From an uncultured bacterium (GTDB lineage: Bacteria; Planctomycetota; UBA1135; GCA-002686595): DNA of 64,000 bases. The translations under genes were made by a program, and so were the position numbers. The stretch is taken from assembly GCA_943787795.1 (NCBI GenBank), contig CALSNU010000002.1, positions 544,001-608,000 on the forward strand, in the 5' to 3' direction. Shown piece after piece: positions 29,790 to 38,088 of this stretch; position 1 is the first letter of the stretch; the number at the start of each line of letters is the position of its first letter. The notes beneath the pieces were generated by a model. That model was not told the DNA's origin. It saw nothing but the letters and a program-made list of their open reading frames with translations, and searched no databases.

Positions 29790-29883
29790 TCGGCGGATCC
29801 TACCCGGCCCAGCTCTCCGTGCCTCCGGGACAAAGCTCCCGCTTTCCACACCCGGTGGAGAGTCCTGTGGAGAGACTGCGCCC

Positions 29884-31095
29884 ATGGGGACCAGGGGAGC
29901 GGGCGGGGTACGACCGAAGGTGGTGGTGGTGGCGGGATGTCTGGTGGCGATGTTCATCACCGCCCCCGGCCAGACCTTCGTGATCTCCACCTTCAGCGAG
30001 GCGCTCTCTCGAGACCTGGGCCTCACGCTGGACCGCCTCGGCTTGGCCTACCTCATCGGGACCTTGTCCTCGGCGATTTGCCTGACCGGGATCGGCGGCG
30101 TTGCAGACCGCATCGGGCCAAGGGCGATGATCGGCGTCGCGTCGATCGGGCTCGCGGGGGCGGGCCTCGCGCTCCAGTCGGCCACGGGCTTCGTGACCCT
30201 GACGCTGGCGTTCTTTCTGCTGAGGCTGACGGGCCAGGGCGCCATCTCGCTCGCGTCCAGCCACGCCCTCGCCCTTCGGTTTGACGCCACCCTTGGGCGA
30301 ATGGAGGGGCTTCGTGGGGCGACCGTGGCGCTCGCCATCGCGACGGTCCCCCAGCTCTCCGTCGCGCTGATCGCGAGCGAGGGGTGGCGCTTCTCGGCGG
30401 TGGCCCTGACGGCCTCAGCGGGGGCGCTCGGCCTTGTCGCGTCCACGGTCATGATGGACCGAGACCCCAGCGCCCGCTCGGGGGGAGCGAACGAGGGGGA
30501 GGGGTGGTCCCGGTCCTTCGACCTCGCTGCTGCGCGGAGGACTCCGGTCTTCTGGGTGCTGATCGCGCTGGTTGCTGCGCAGGCGGCGATCGTGACCGCC
30601 GTGCACTTTCACCTTCTGCCGATCCTCGCGGAGTCTGGGACGGGCGCCAAGGAGGCCGCGCGCACGTACATGACCTACGCCGCGGCTGGGCTTGGGGCGA
30701 CCCTGCTGGGCGGTGTGCTCGCGGACAGGGTCCGGCCGGGACCGCTCCTTGCCGCGTCCATGATCCTGCTTGGCCTTGGGGCCGGGACGCTGGAGCTCTG
30801 GGCCGGCGGCCTCGGCTCCCACGTGGCGATGGGGATCCTCGGGATCGCCCAGGGGATTGGCGCAGCAACCCACGGGCCGACCCTCGCGCGCTACTTCGGC
30901 CGGCGCCACCACGGCGCGATCCGAGGAGCCGCCGGGACCGCCGCGGTGGCGGGCTCAGCGGTCGCGCCGTGGGCGACCGCGGCGCTCATGGAGCGCTCGG
31001 GGTCGTTTGGGGCGCCGCTTCTCATGATGGGACTCGCGGCCGGGGGGCTCGGCCTGCTCTGCGTGATGGTCCGGCGGCCCGAGCCGCGGGCATGA
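29884..31095 (+). CDS. MFS transporter
   Basis: About 12 TM segments; APGQT, GGVADRIGPR, ARYFGRRHHGAIRG. Confidence 0.9.
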   Translation: MGTRGAGGVRPKVVVVAGCLVAMFITAPGQTFVISTFSEALSRDLGLTLDRLGLAYLIGTLSSAICLTGIGGVADRIGPRAMIGVASIGLAGAGLALQSATGFVTLTLAFFLLRLTGQGAISLASSHALALRFDATLGRMEGLRGATVALAIATVPQLSVALIASEGWRFSAVALTASAGALGLVASTVMMDRDPSARSGGANEGEGWSRSFDLAAARRTPVFWVLIALVAAQAAIVTAVHFHLLPILAESGTGAKEAARTYMTYAAAGLGATLLGGVLADRVRPGPLLAASMILLGLGAGTLELWAGGLGSHVAMGILGIAQGIGAATHGPTLARYFGRRHHGAIRGAAGTAAVAGSAVAPWATAALMERSGSFGAPLLMMGLAAGGLGLLCVMVRRPEPRA

Positions 31096-31250
31096 GGCCG
31101 CTCTGCGGGCGGGGCGGTCCGTGTGAATCACCTGCAGGATCCAAGAGACCTGCCATGATGGAGGGCGGTACACCTTCGCGCCCACGGCTCACCTGCCTTT
31201 CCGATTCAGGCGAGCGCCGCGCCCCCTTCCCTTGCCCTGAAGACTCACCC

Positions 31251-32543
31251 ATGAATGCCAAGACACTCCTTCTTGGAGCCAGCCTGCTCTTCATCGCCCC
31301 GACCCTCGCGGCCGCCCAGTCGAATGACGACTGCAGCGGCGCGACGTCGATCACGGGCTTCAACACCTTCAACTTCGACAACTCGTCTGCGACCGCGAGC
31401 GGGGTGAACGACTGCAACGGGCTGCCGGTGCGGAAGGACCTCTGGTACGAGTGGACCGCGCCCGCGACCGGCTCCGTCCGCTTCGAGACCTGCGGGACGA
31501 ACACCGGGTTCGAGACACGGATCGCCGTCTACACCTCGAGCTCCAGCTGCGGCTCGCTCAACCTGCTCATCTGCGGCGCGGCCAACTGTGGGGCGAACGG
31601 GCTCTCGCGCGTGGCGTTCCCCGCCGTTCAGGGACAGTCCTACCTGATGCGTGTGGGCTCCCGTCAGGTCGGCGCAGGGAACAACGGGGCGGGCCAGTTC
31701 GTGCTCAGCCCGGACCCCTGCGATCCGGCCCAGGACGACGTGCTGGAAGACAACGACGACTGCGCGTCCGCCAGGCCGATGACTGACGGGACGACGAACG
31801 ACCTCTGGTGCTCCAAGTCCGACCCGGACTGGTACAGCTTCTGCGTGGACGCGGGCGGCACCATGTCGATCGACGTGCTCTTCGCCACGACCCCCGGCGA
31901 CATCGACATCTTTGCCTTCGACGCTTGCGGGGGCGGGAGCCTCGGCATCGGAGGTTCAGCGAGCGACAACGAGAACCTCCTGATTGACAACTCGGCGGGC
32001 CTCAGCCCGCTGAACGTGCTGCTCCGTGTGGAGCTTTGGCAGGGCGACCCGGACTTCGACTGCAACGATTACTCGATGGTGATTGGTGGGTCCGGCTGTA
32101 GCGGCGGCGGCGGCGGCGTTGGCACCCCTTACTGCACGGCGAACGTCAACTCGACCGGCTCCATCGCCAACACGACGGGCTCTGGCTCGGACGTCGCGGC
32201 TGACAACAACCTGACGCTCAGCACGTCGAGCCTGCCGGCGAACTCCTTCGCCTTCTACCTCGCCAGCACGACGCAGGGCTTCGCGCCGAACCCCGGTGGG
32301 AGCCAGGGCAACCTCTGCCTGTCGGGCTCCATTGGCCGGTATGTCGGCCCTGGCCAGATCCAGCAGGCGAACGCGGTGGGGGCCATCAGCCTCGCGCTGG
32401 ACCTGACCCAGATTCCCCAGCCCACGGGCTTTGTGACCGCCATCGCCGGTGACACCTGGAACTTCCAGGCCTGGTACCGTGACGCGGTCGGCGGCTCGGC
32501 GACGTCCAACTTCACGGACGGACTCTCGGTCACATTCCAGTGA
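31251..32543 (+). CDS. Secreted Cys-rich protein with PPC-like domains and the shared C-terminal domain
   Basis: Signal MNAKTLLLGASLLFIAPTLAAA; NDDC..A..I, DLWYEWTAP, EDNDDC; poly-Gly linker; C-terminal domain ending SNFTDGLSVTFQ. Confidence 0.85.
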   Translation: MNAKTLLLGASLLFIAPTLAAAQSNDDCSGATSITGFNTFNFDNSSATASGVNDCNGLPVRKDLWYEWTAPATGSVRFETCGTNTGFETRIAVYTSSSSCGSLNLLICGAANCGANGLSRVAFPAVQGQSYLMRVGSRQVGAGNNGAGQFVLSPDPCDPAQDDVLEDNDDCASARPMTDGTTNDLWCSKSDPDWYSFCVDAGGTMSIDVLFATTPGDIDIFAFDACGGGSLGIGGSASDNENLLIDNSAGLSPLNVLLRVELWQGDPDFDCNDYSMVIGGSGCSGGGGGVGTPYCTANVNSTGSIANTTGSGSDVAADNNLTLSTSSLPANSFAFYLASTTQGFAPNPGGSQGNLCLSGSIGRYVGPGQIQQANAVGAISLALDLTQIPQPTGFVTAIAGDTWNFQAWYRDAVGGSATSNFTDGLSVTFQ

Positions 32544-32558
32544 TCGCCAGGTGACTCG

Positions 32559-32630
32559 GTGGCCGGTTTCTTCGGTGACCGGGTCATTCGGTGACTGGGT
32601 CATTCTGTGACCGGGTCATTCTGTGACCGG
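32559..32630. repeat. 16-bp tandem repeat (~4.5 copies) with an internal palindrome
   Basis: gtggccggtttcttcg/gtgaccgggtcattcg/gtgactgggtcattct/gtgaccgggtcattct/gtgaccgg. Confidence 0.85.
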
Positions 32631-32740
32631 GGGCCGCGAGGCCTCAGGCAGCGCCCCGCCCCGGCAAGTCCGGAGCGGGGCGCTTGCTGTACAGGGCCCG
32701 AGTGGGGTGCCCGGCTCTTGGGGGCTCGGCCAGTGGAGGC

Positions 32741-33703
32741 TCAGCTGGGGCCCGGACGGAGTGGGCCCTCGCCGAGTCGCTGGCCAGGCTCGAGCCGCGC
32801 GCCGTTGAGGAAGGCCTCGTCATCCATGGCCCCCTTGCCCGCAGGTTTCAGCCGGCGGAGGCGAACCGCGCCACCCTCCGCCTGAACGACCAGGCCGCGC
32901 CCGGCCAGCAGGGTCCCGGGCTCTGCGTCGGGCACTCGGGGGGCGACCTCGACCGGTGCGGCCTCCAGGACGACGAGGTCTCGTCCATCCGGGAGGCGGG
33001 TGCGGGCGCCAGGCCAGGTGGTCATGGCCCGGACGTGTCGGGAGACGGCCGCGGGCGGCAGGCTGAAGTCGATCCGGCCGTCCTCTTTGGTGAGCTTGGG
33101 GGCGAGGGTGATGAGGGAGGCGTCCTGTGGCGTGTATTCGGCAGCGCCCGACTCGATCTGGTCGAGGGCCTCCACGGCTGCCTGGGCGCCGAGGGCGGCG
33201 AGTCGTTCGAACAGGTCCGCGGAGGTCTCATCGGGACCAATCCTGGTCGGGCGAGCCAGCAGGACATCGCCCGCGTCGAGGGCCAGGACCATGCGCTGAA
33301 TCGATACGCCGGTCTCTTCATCCCCAGCGGCGACGGCGCGCTGGATCGGTGAGGCGCCGCGCCAGCGGGGCAGGAGCGACCCGTGGACGTTGAGGGCTCC
33401 GTGGGGGCAGAGCTCGAGGATGTCCGTGCGGAGGATCTCCCCGTAGCTGGCGACCATGAGCGCGTCGGCGCCGAGCGCCGCGAGCGCGGCCACGAAGTCG
33501 GCGTCCTTCGTGGAGGCCGGCTGGAGCACGGGGAGGCCGGCCTCATCCGCGAGGATCGCCAGCTCGGACCGAGAAACACCGCGCCCCCGACCGCGGGGGC
33601 GATCGGGGGGCGTGACGAGGCCGAGGACCTCGTGTGGGCTCTCGAGGAGCCGGCGAAGGATCGGCGTCGCGAAGGGCGGCGATCCCAGGAATACGACGCG
33701 CAT
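32741..33703 (-). CDS. fmt: Methionyl-tRNA formyltransferase
   Basis: MRVVFLGSPPFA, PDRPRGRG, NVHGSLLPRWRGASPIQ, LDAGD, APKLTKEDG. Confidence 0.96.
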   Translation of the reverse strand: MRVVFLGSPPFATPILRRLLESPHEVLGLVTPPDRPRGRGRGVSRSELAILADEAGLPVLQPASTKDADFVAALAALGADALMVASYGEILRTDILELCPHGALNVHGSLLPRWRGASPIQRAVAAGDEETGVSIQRMVLALDAGDVLLARPTRIGPDETSADLFERLAALGAQAAVEALDQIESGAAEYTPQDASLITLAPKLTKEDGRIDFSLPPAAVSRHVRAMTTWPGARTRLPDGRDLVVLEAAPVEVAPRVPDAEPGTLLAGRGLVVQAEGGAVRLRRLKPAGKGAMDDEAFLNGARLEPGQRLGEGPLRPGPS

Positions 33704-33742
33704 GGGCGGTCAGTGGAGGGGGCGCAGCGCGCCGCCTTGCCC

Positions 33743-34069
33743 TCAGACGTGCGGGTCGACGAGGCCCTTCAGGCCGTCGTACTTGAGCGCACCGATCACC
33801 TGCTCCTGCACCTCACCGCCCTTGACGACGACGAAGGTCGGGATGGAGGTGATGCCGTACTTCGAGGCCGTCTCCATGTTGTCCTGGGTGTTGAGCTTCA
33901 CGACCTTGATCTTGCCTGCGTACTCCTCGGCGAGCTTCTCCACGTAGGGGAGCATGGCCTTGCAGGGTCCGCACCAGGGCGCCCAAAAATCGACGAGGAC
34001 GGGCTGATCGGAGCCGAGGACGTCGGTGTCCCAGCTGGCGTCGGAGGTTTCGGTGAGGGTGCTGCTCAT
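33743..34069 (-). CDS. trxA: Thioredoxin
   Basis: DFWAPWCGPCK, SIPT. Confidence 0.95.
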   Translation of the reverse strand: MSSTLTETSDASWDTDVLGSDQPVLVDFWAPWCGPCKAMLPYVEKLAEEYAGKIKVVKLNTQDNMETASKYGITSIPTFVVVKGGEVQEQVIGALKYDGLKGLVDPHV

Positions 34070-34222
34070 CTTTCGGTGTGGGGCGAGCGAGGGGTGAACC
34101 TCGCGGGCTTCGGTGGGGTCCGGCCGCGCCGGTGGGGCTGCGCCGTTGGGCAAGAGAGGATCGTCGCTCGACCCCGTCGGCTCAAGGGTCGATGGTCCGG
34201 TCAGAGCGATGAGGGGAGCTTA

Positions 34223-35359
34223 TCAGTCCGCGGTGGACGAGGAGCCCGTCGAGAGCGGCTCTTCCGGCTCAGCGGGGTCGTTGGCGGCCTCTTCATTGGA
34301 CTCGTCGCTGGGAGGGGCCTCTTCGCCGGCCTTCTCATCGGCGGAGTCCAGGGCCTGGTCCAACTCCTCGGAGTCCTCGTCCATGAAGCGCGAGGCCTTG
34401 ATCAGGTCGTCGAGGTCGCTCTCCCCGTCCTCGGGGGCGGACCACTTCAGGGTGATGTCCTCCCCCTGGGTGTCCTGGTGGGCAGACACCAGGCCGATCT
34501 TCATCAGCTCGAGGAGGGCGCAGAAGGCGCCGACCATTCCCTCGCGGGTCGGCACGTCGCCCATGGCGTCCACGAGGTCCTGGAGGGTCGCGCCGCCAGG
34601 GCGACTGCGGACGGCGGACCCGATGGACTGTACGTACCAACGAAGGGGTCGAGGGTCGCCCTTGATGGTGTGCGGCCGGCCCGCCAGGGTCTCCCGCATC
34701 AGCCGCGAGAAGGTGGCGAGCAGGTCCCAGGAGCTGACCTCTCCGAGGTCGTAGCTGCGCTCCGGCTCGTTATCGGTGACCTCGCGGCGATACCCCCGGG
34801 AGTGCTCCAGGGTGCGCCGGTGGAAGCGGTCCTCAAGATCGTCGGAGGCGCCCTTGAAGCGGCGATACTCGATCAGGCGCTGGATCAGCTCGTCCTGGGG
34901 ATCGAGGTCGTCTTCCAGCTCGACCTCCTCGCGGGGCAGGAGCGACCGTGACTTGATCGCCATGAGCGTCGCGGCGATGACGAGGTACTCGCCCGCCACC
35001 TCGATATCGAGGCCCTTGAGGGCCTGGACATGATCCATGTAGGACTTGGCCACGTCGGCGAGCCGAATGTCCTGGATCTCGACCTCCTGCTCCTTCACAA
35101 GGTGCAGGAGCAGGTCGAGGGGCCCCTGGAAGACCTCTTCGAGCGACACGGTGAAGTCCTCGGTGCGCCGCGCGTCGGCGCCTGCCGCGCTGGAACCGCT
35201 CTCTGCTCTGGACCCGGTGTCTGCGACGGAACCCGTGTCCCCGGCGGGCTCTGTGTCCGCGGCGGGCTCTGCCTCCGCAGGCCCCTCGGCCTCTTGCTCC
35301 GCACTCTCGTGCTGGGCCGGATCGTCTTGGGCCGGGTCGGTCATCTCGGTGCTCGTCAT
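34223..35359 (-). CDS. scpA: Segregation and condensation protein A
   Basis: FQGPLDLLL, EYLVIAATLMAIKSRSLLP, FCALLELMK; acidic termini. Confidence 0.92.
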   Translation of the reverse strand: MTSTEMTDPAQDDPAQHESAEQEAEGPAEAEPAADTEPAGDTGSVADTGSRAESGSSAAGADARRTEDFTVSLEEVFQGPLDLLLHLVKEQEVEIQDIRLADVAKSYMDHVQALKGLDIEVAGEYLVIAATLMAIKSRSLLPREEVELEDDLDPQDELIQRLIEYRRFKGASDDLEDRFHRRTLEHSRGYRREVTDNEPERSYDLGEVSSWDLLATFSRLMRETLAGRPHTIKGDPRPLRWYVQSIGSAVRSRPGGATLQDLVDAMGDVPTREGMVGAFCALLELMKIGLVSAHQDTQGEDITLKWSAPEDGESDLDDLIKASRFMDEDSEELDQALDSADEKAGEEAPPSDESNEEAANDPAEPEEPLSTGSSSTAD

Positions 35360-35363
35360 GGAA

Positions 35364-36056
35364 TCAGCCTGCGCCGAGGAGGCTGAAGATCCCCTCGACC
35401 GCGCCGGCGAGCCAATCGTAGAGGGCGCCCATCCCGCCGAGCAAGGCATCCTGCCCGCCCGGCACGAAGAAGAGCAGCGCGAAGAGGATCGGGATCCCCA
35501 GGGGCGTCAAGGCGTTGAACGGCACCCGGAGGCGGTCGGGCAGGAGGAAGGTCAGGACCCGCGACCCGTCCAGGGGGGGGATCGGGATCATGTTGAACAC
35601 GGTCAGCAGGATGTTGAACTGCACCGCGCCCCTCAGGATCTCCGCGCCCATGTCCTGGGGCCCGAGAGCTCCCGCGATCAGGAGGCTCTTGAGGGCGACC
35701 ATGGCCAGGAAGGCCAGGATCAGGTTCGTGACCGGGCCCGCGAGCGCGACCCACATCATGTCCCGGTAGGGGTGCCGCAGCCGGCCCATGTTGACCGGCA
35801 CGGGCTTCGCGCCGCCGAACATGAACGGCCGCGTGTCCAGCACCGCGGGGAGTACGAAGAAGAGCATCCCCGGCAGCAGGATGGTGAGCACGGGGTCGAT
35901 GCTCTTGATCGGGTTGAGCGTCACGCGGCCGAGGCGCTTCGCGGTGTCGTCTCCACACCAGTTGGCGACGGCGGCGTGGGCCGCCTCGTGGAGGGCCAGG
36001 GCGAAGATCAGGATCGCGACGAGCGCGGCTCCGACGATGTATTTCTCAGGGGGCAC
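35364..36056 (-). CDS. Site-2 protease (M50) family protein
   Basis: HEAAH, GDDTAKRLGRVTLNP, ALAGP, NMIPIPPLDG. Confidence 0.93.
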   Translation of the reverse strand: MPPEKYIVGAALVAILIFALALHEAAHAAVANWCGDDTAKRLGRVTLNPIKSIDPVLTILLPGMLFFVLPAVLDTRPFMFGGAKPVPVNMGRLRHPYRDMMWVALAGPVTNLILAFLAMVALKSLLIAGALGPQDMGAEILRGAVQFNILLTVFNMIPIPPLDGSRVLTFLLPDRLRVPFNALTPLGIPILFALLFFVPGGQDALLGGMGALYDWLAGAVEGIFSLLGAG

Positions 36057-36086
36057 GGGCGCATCCTAGTCCGCTCGACCCGCGGC

Positions 36087-36560
36087 TCACCCAAGACAGT
36101 CCTCGAAGAGCGTCTCGTCGAGCTCTCCGTGGGCATCCAGGGCGTCGGCAACCCGCGCCACCAGCTCCTCCACGCCAGGGTCGAGGAGCAGCGTTCGCAC
36201 CTCCCGAGCCCAGCGCTCCACCACGCGCTTCTGGCCCTCCTCTTCCCGCTCGAGGACCCCAGCGCAGCGCTCGATCTCCTGCCAGTCCGCCTCCCAGGCG
36301 GCCAGGACGTGCATGTCGTCGAGGTCGTGGCCCCCGAAGCGCTCCACCTCGGCGATCGGCCCCGCAAGGGCCACGCGCCCGGAGAGGCTGGCAACGGAGG
36401 CCTCGTCTGACGCGCCCCATTCGATCGCCGAGCGAGCTCCGTATCCGTCTTCTTCGGGCTCGAGGCTGACGCTGACGACCCGGCCGCCAAGCAGGTGGGC
36501 GATCACCGCGTGTCCGGCTTCATGCCAGGCTTCGATTTCGGTGGGGTCGGGGCTCGCCAT
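36087..36560 (-). CDS. Small HEXXH metallopeptidase-like protein (M41/M50-like)
   Basis: AWHEAGHAVIA, ALAGPIAE, VADAL…GEL. Confidence 0.7.
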   Translation of the reverse strand: MASPDPTEIEAWHEAGHAVIAHLLGGRVVSVSLEPEEDGYGARSAIEWGASDEASVASLSGRVALAGPIAEVERFGGHDLDDMHVLAAWEADWQEIERCAGVLEREEEGQKRVVERWAREVRTLLLDPGVEELVARVADALDAHGELDETLFEDCLG

Positions 36561-36600
36561 GGCCCCAGGATATCGCTCTGATCATTCCCCGAGCGAGCCC

Positions 36601-37368
36601 ATGGCACCCACCCAAGAATCATCCCGGCCGGCAGAGCGACCGGAAGATCACCGGCCGGCCGCCCCCCGAGCTGCGCTGGGGCCCCTTCGGGTGGCGCTGC
36701 GCTGCGCGGTTGTCCTGCTGGCGCCGATCGGCCTCTACCTGCTCACGGCGGAGCTGGCGATGCGCGTGCCCGTCCACTCGGGGGCGGATCCGGACGGCGG
36801 CGAGGTGGACGTCTACCTCGTGACCAACGGGGTCCACGTCGCCGTCTGGCTTCCCACCGTCCGGCCCGAGCGGGATTGGTCAAGGTGGCTCCCACCCGAG
36901 GTTCCGGCGCGCGCGGGCGGGTACGTGGAGTTCGGGTGGGGGGACCACGACTTCTACCTCAAGGTGCCCACATGGGAGGACCTCACCGCGGGCGTGGCCC
37001 TGCGCGGGGCGCTGCTCCCGACGCGCTCCGCCATGCGCGCCACCGCCTACAGGGGGCCCCCGATCCCCGGCGAGCACGTCCACCGGTTGTCCGTCGACGG
37101 GGACGGCTACCGGTCGCTGGTCAGATTCGTGGACCGCGGGTTTCAGCTCGATGACAGCGGCCGACCGATCCTGCTGGCGGCGCCGGGCTATGGAAGCTCG
37201 GATCGCTTCTTCGAGGGCCGCGGGAGCTACCACCTCTTCACGACGTGCAACACCTGGGCGAACGGGGCGGTGAAGGCCATGGGGCAGCGAGCGGCGCTGT
37301 GGACCCCGTTCGAGCGGGGCGCGCGCCACCACCTGCCGCGGAACCTGGGCGAGGATCGTCCGCGCTGA
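36601..37368 (+). CDS. DUF2459/TIGR02117 family protein
   Basis: NGVHV, FGWGDHDFY, YHLFTTCNTW. Confidence 0.85.
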   Translation: MAPTQESSRPAERPEDHRPAAPRAALGPLRVALRCAVVLLAPIGLYLLTAELAMRVPVHSGADPDGGEVDVYLVTNGVHVAVWLPTVRPERDWSRWLPPEVPARAGGYVEFGWGDHDFYLKVPTWEDLTAGVALRGALLPTRSAMRATAYRGPPIPGEHVHRLSVDGDGYRSLVRFVDRGFQLDDSGRPILLAAPGYGSSDRFFEGRGSYHLFTTCNTWANGAVKAMGQRAALWTPFERGARHHLPRNLGEDRPR

Positions 37369-37381
37369 GCGGGCAGTGGGC

Positions 37382-37508
37382 CCCCTTGTTGGAGGGACCC
37401 CTGCTTGGAGGGACCCCTGCTTGGTGGGCCCAGGGCCGGAAAGCCCAGATGCGGTGGGCCCAGGTGCGGTGGGCCCAGATGCAGCTGGCGCAGCGTCGGT
37501 GGGCGCAG
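37382..37508. repeat. Two adjacent tandem arrays (16 bp x3 and 15 bp x~4.5)
   Basis: cccctgcttggaggga-type at 37382-37429; gcccagatgcggtgg-type at 37443-37508. Confidence 0.85.
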
Positions 37509-37518
37509 GGGATGGGGC

Positions 37519-38088
37519 TCAGCGTGGACGTCGCAGGTTCACGGGTTCGCGGGACCGCTCGACCAGGTAGCGGTCAATCTCCGCCCGTGGGGGGAGCGGC
37601 GTGCCCCGTAGGCTGTCCATGAACCAGCGCGCCTCGGGCAGGGCCATGCGGCGGATTCCTCCGACCGAGGAGCCTCCGACCTTGCGCCGGAACAGCACGC
37701 GTGAACGCACGCGGTGGGGGGTGTACCCGCCATCCCCGGGGGCGGCGTAGACGTACGCGCTCTGGAGCGGCGGGGCGGCGTCCGGGCGGGCTCCGGGCGG
37801 ATGGATCGCGTGCCGGCTGAGGTCGATGGTCAGGGCGCCTTCCCGGAGGCGCTCGTCCTCTGCGGCGAGGAAGGCCCTGACCAGGGTGTCGCCGAGCCTG
37901 GGGTCTCTGCTGGTGGCGCGGTTCGCCGCGACGTGGGCAGCCCACAGTCGCTCATCGGTGGAGGCCTCGTCATCGAAGGCGATGCGCAGCGCCTCCTCAG
38001 TGGACGTGTGCTTCAACGCCGCGACGAGGACCATCCCGAGCGCGGTGGCCACGAGGAGGATGTGGGGGGCCCAGCTGCGCGCCTTCAA
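37519..38088 (-). CDS. Hypothetical anchored protein
   Basis: Possible TTG start a few nt after the upstream gene's 3' end; N-terminal hydrophobic helix; start uncertain. Confidence 0.55.
   Translation of the reverse strand: MKARSWAPHILLVATALGMVLVAALKHTSTEEALRIAFDDEASTDERLWAAHVAANRATSRDPRLGDTLVRAFLAAEDERLREGALTIDLSRHAIHPPGARPDAAPPLQSAYVYAAPGDGGYTPHRVRSRVLFRRKVGGSSVGGIRRMALPEARWFMDSLRGTPLPPRAEIDRYLVERSREPVNLRRPR

Noticed and set aside
32559..32630. Possible CRISPR array (also 37382, 42494, 44269)
   Set aside because: Units are 13-16 bp, directly abutting, with no unique spacers and no cas genes
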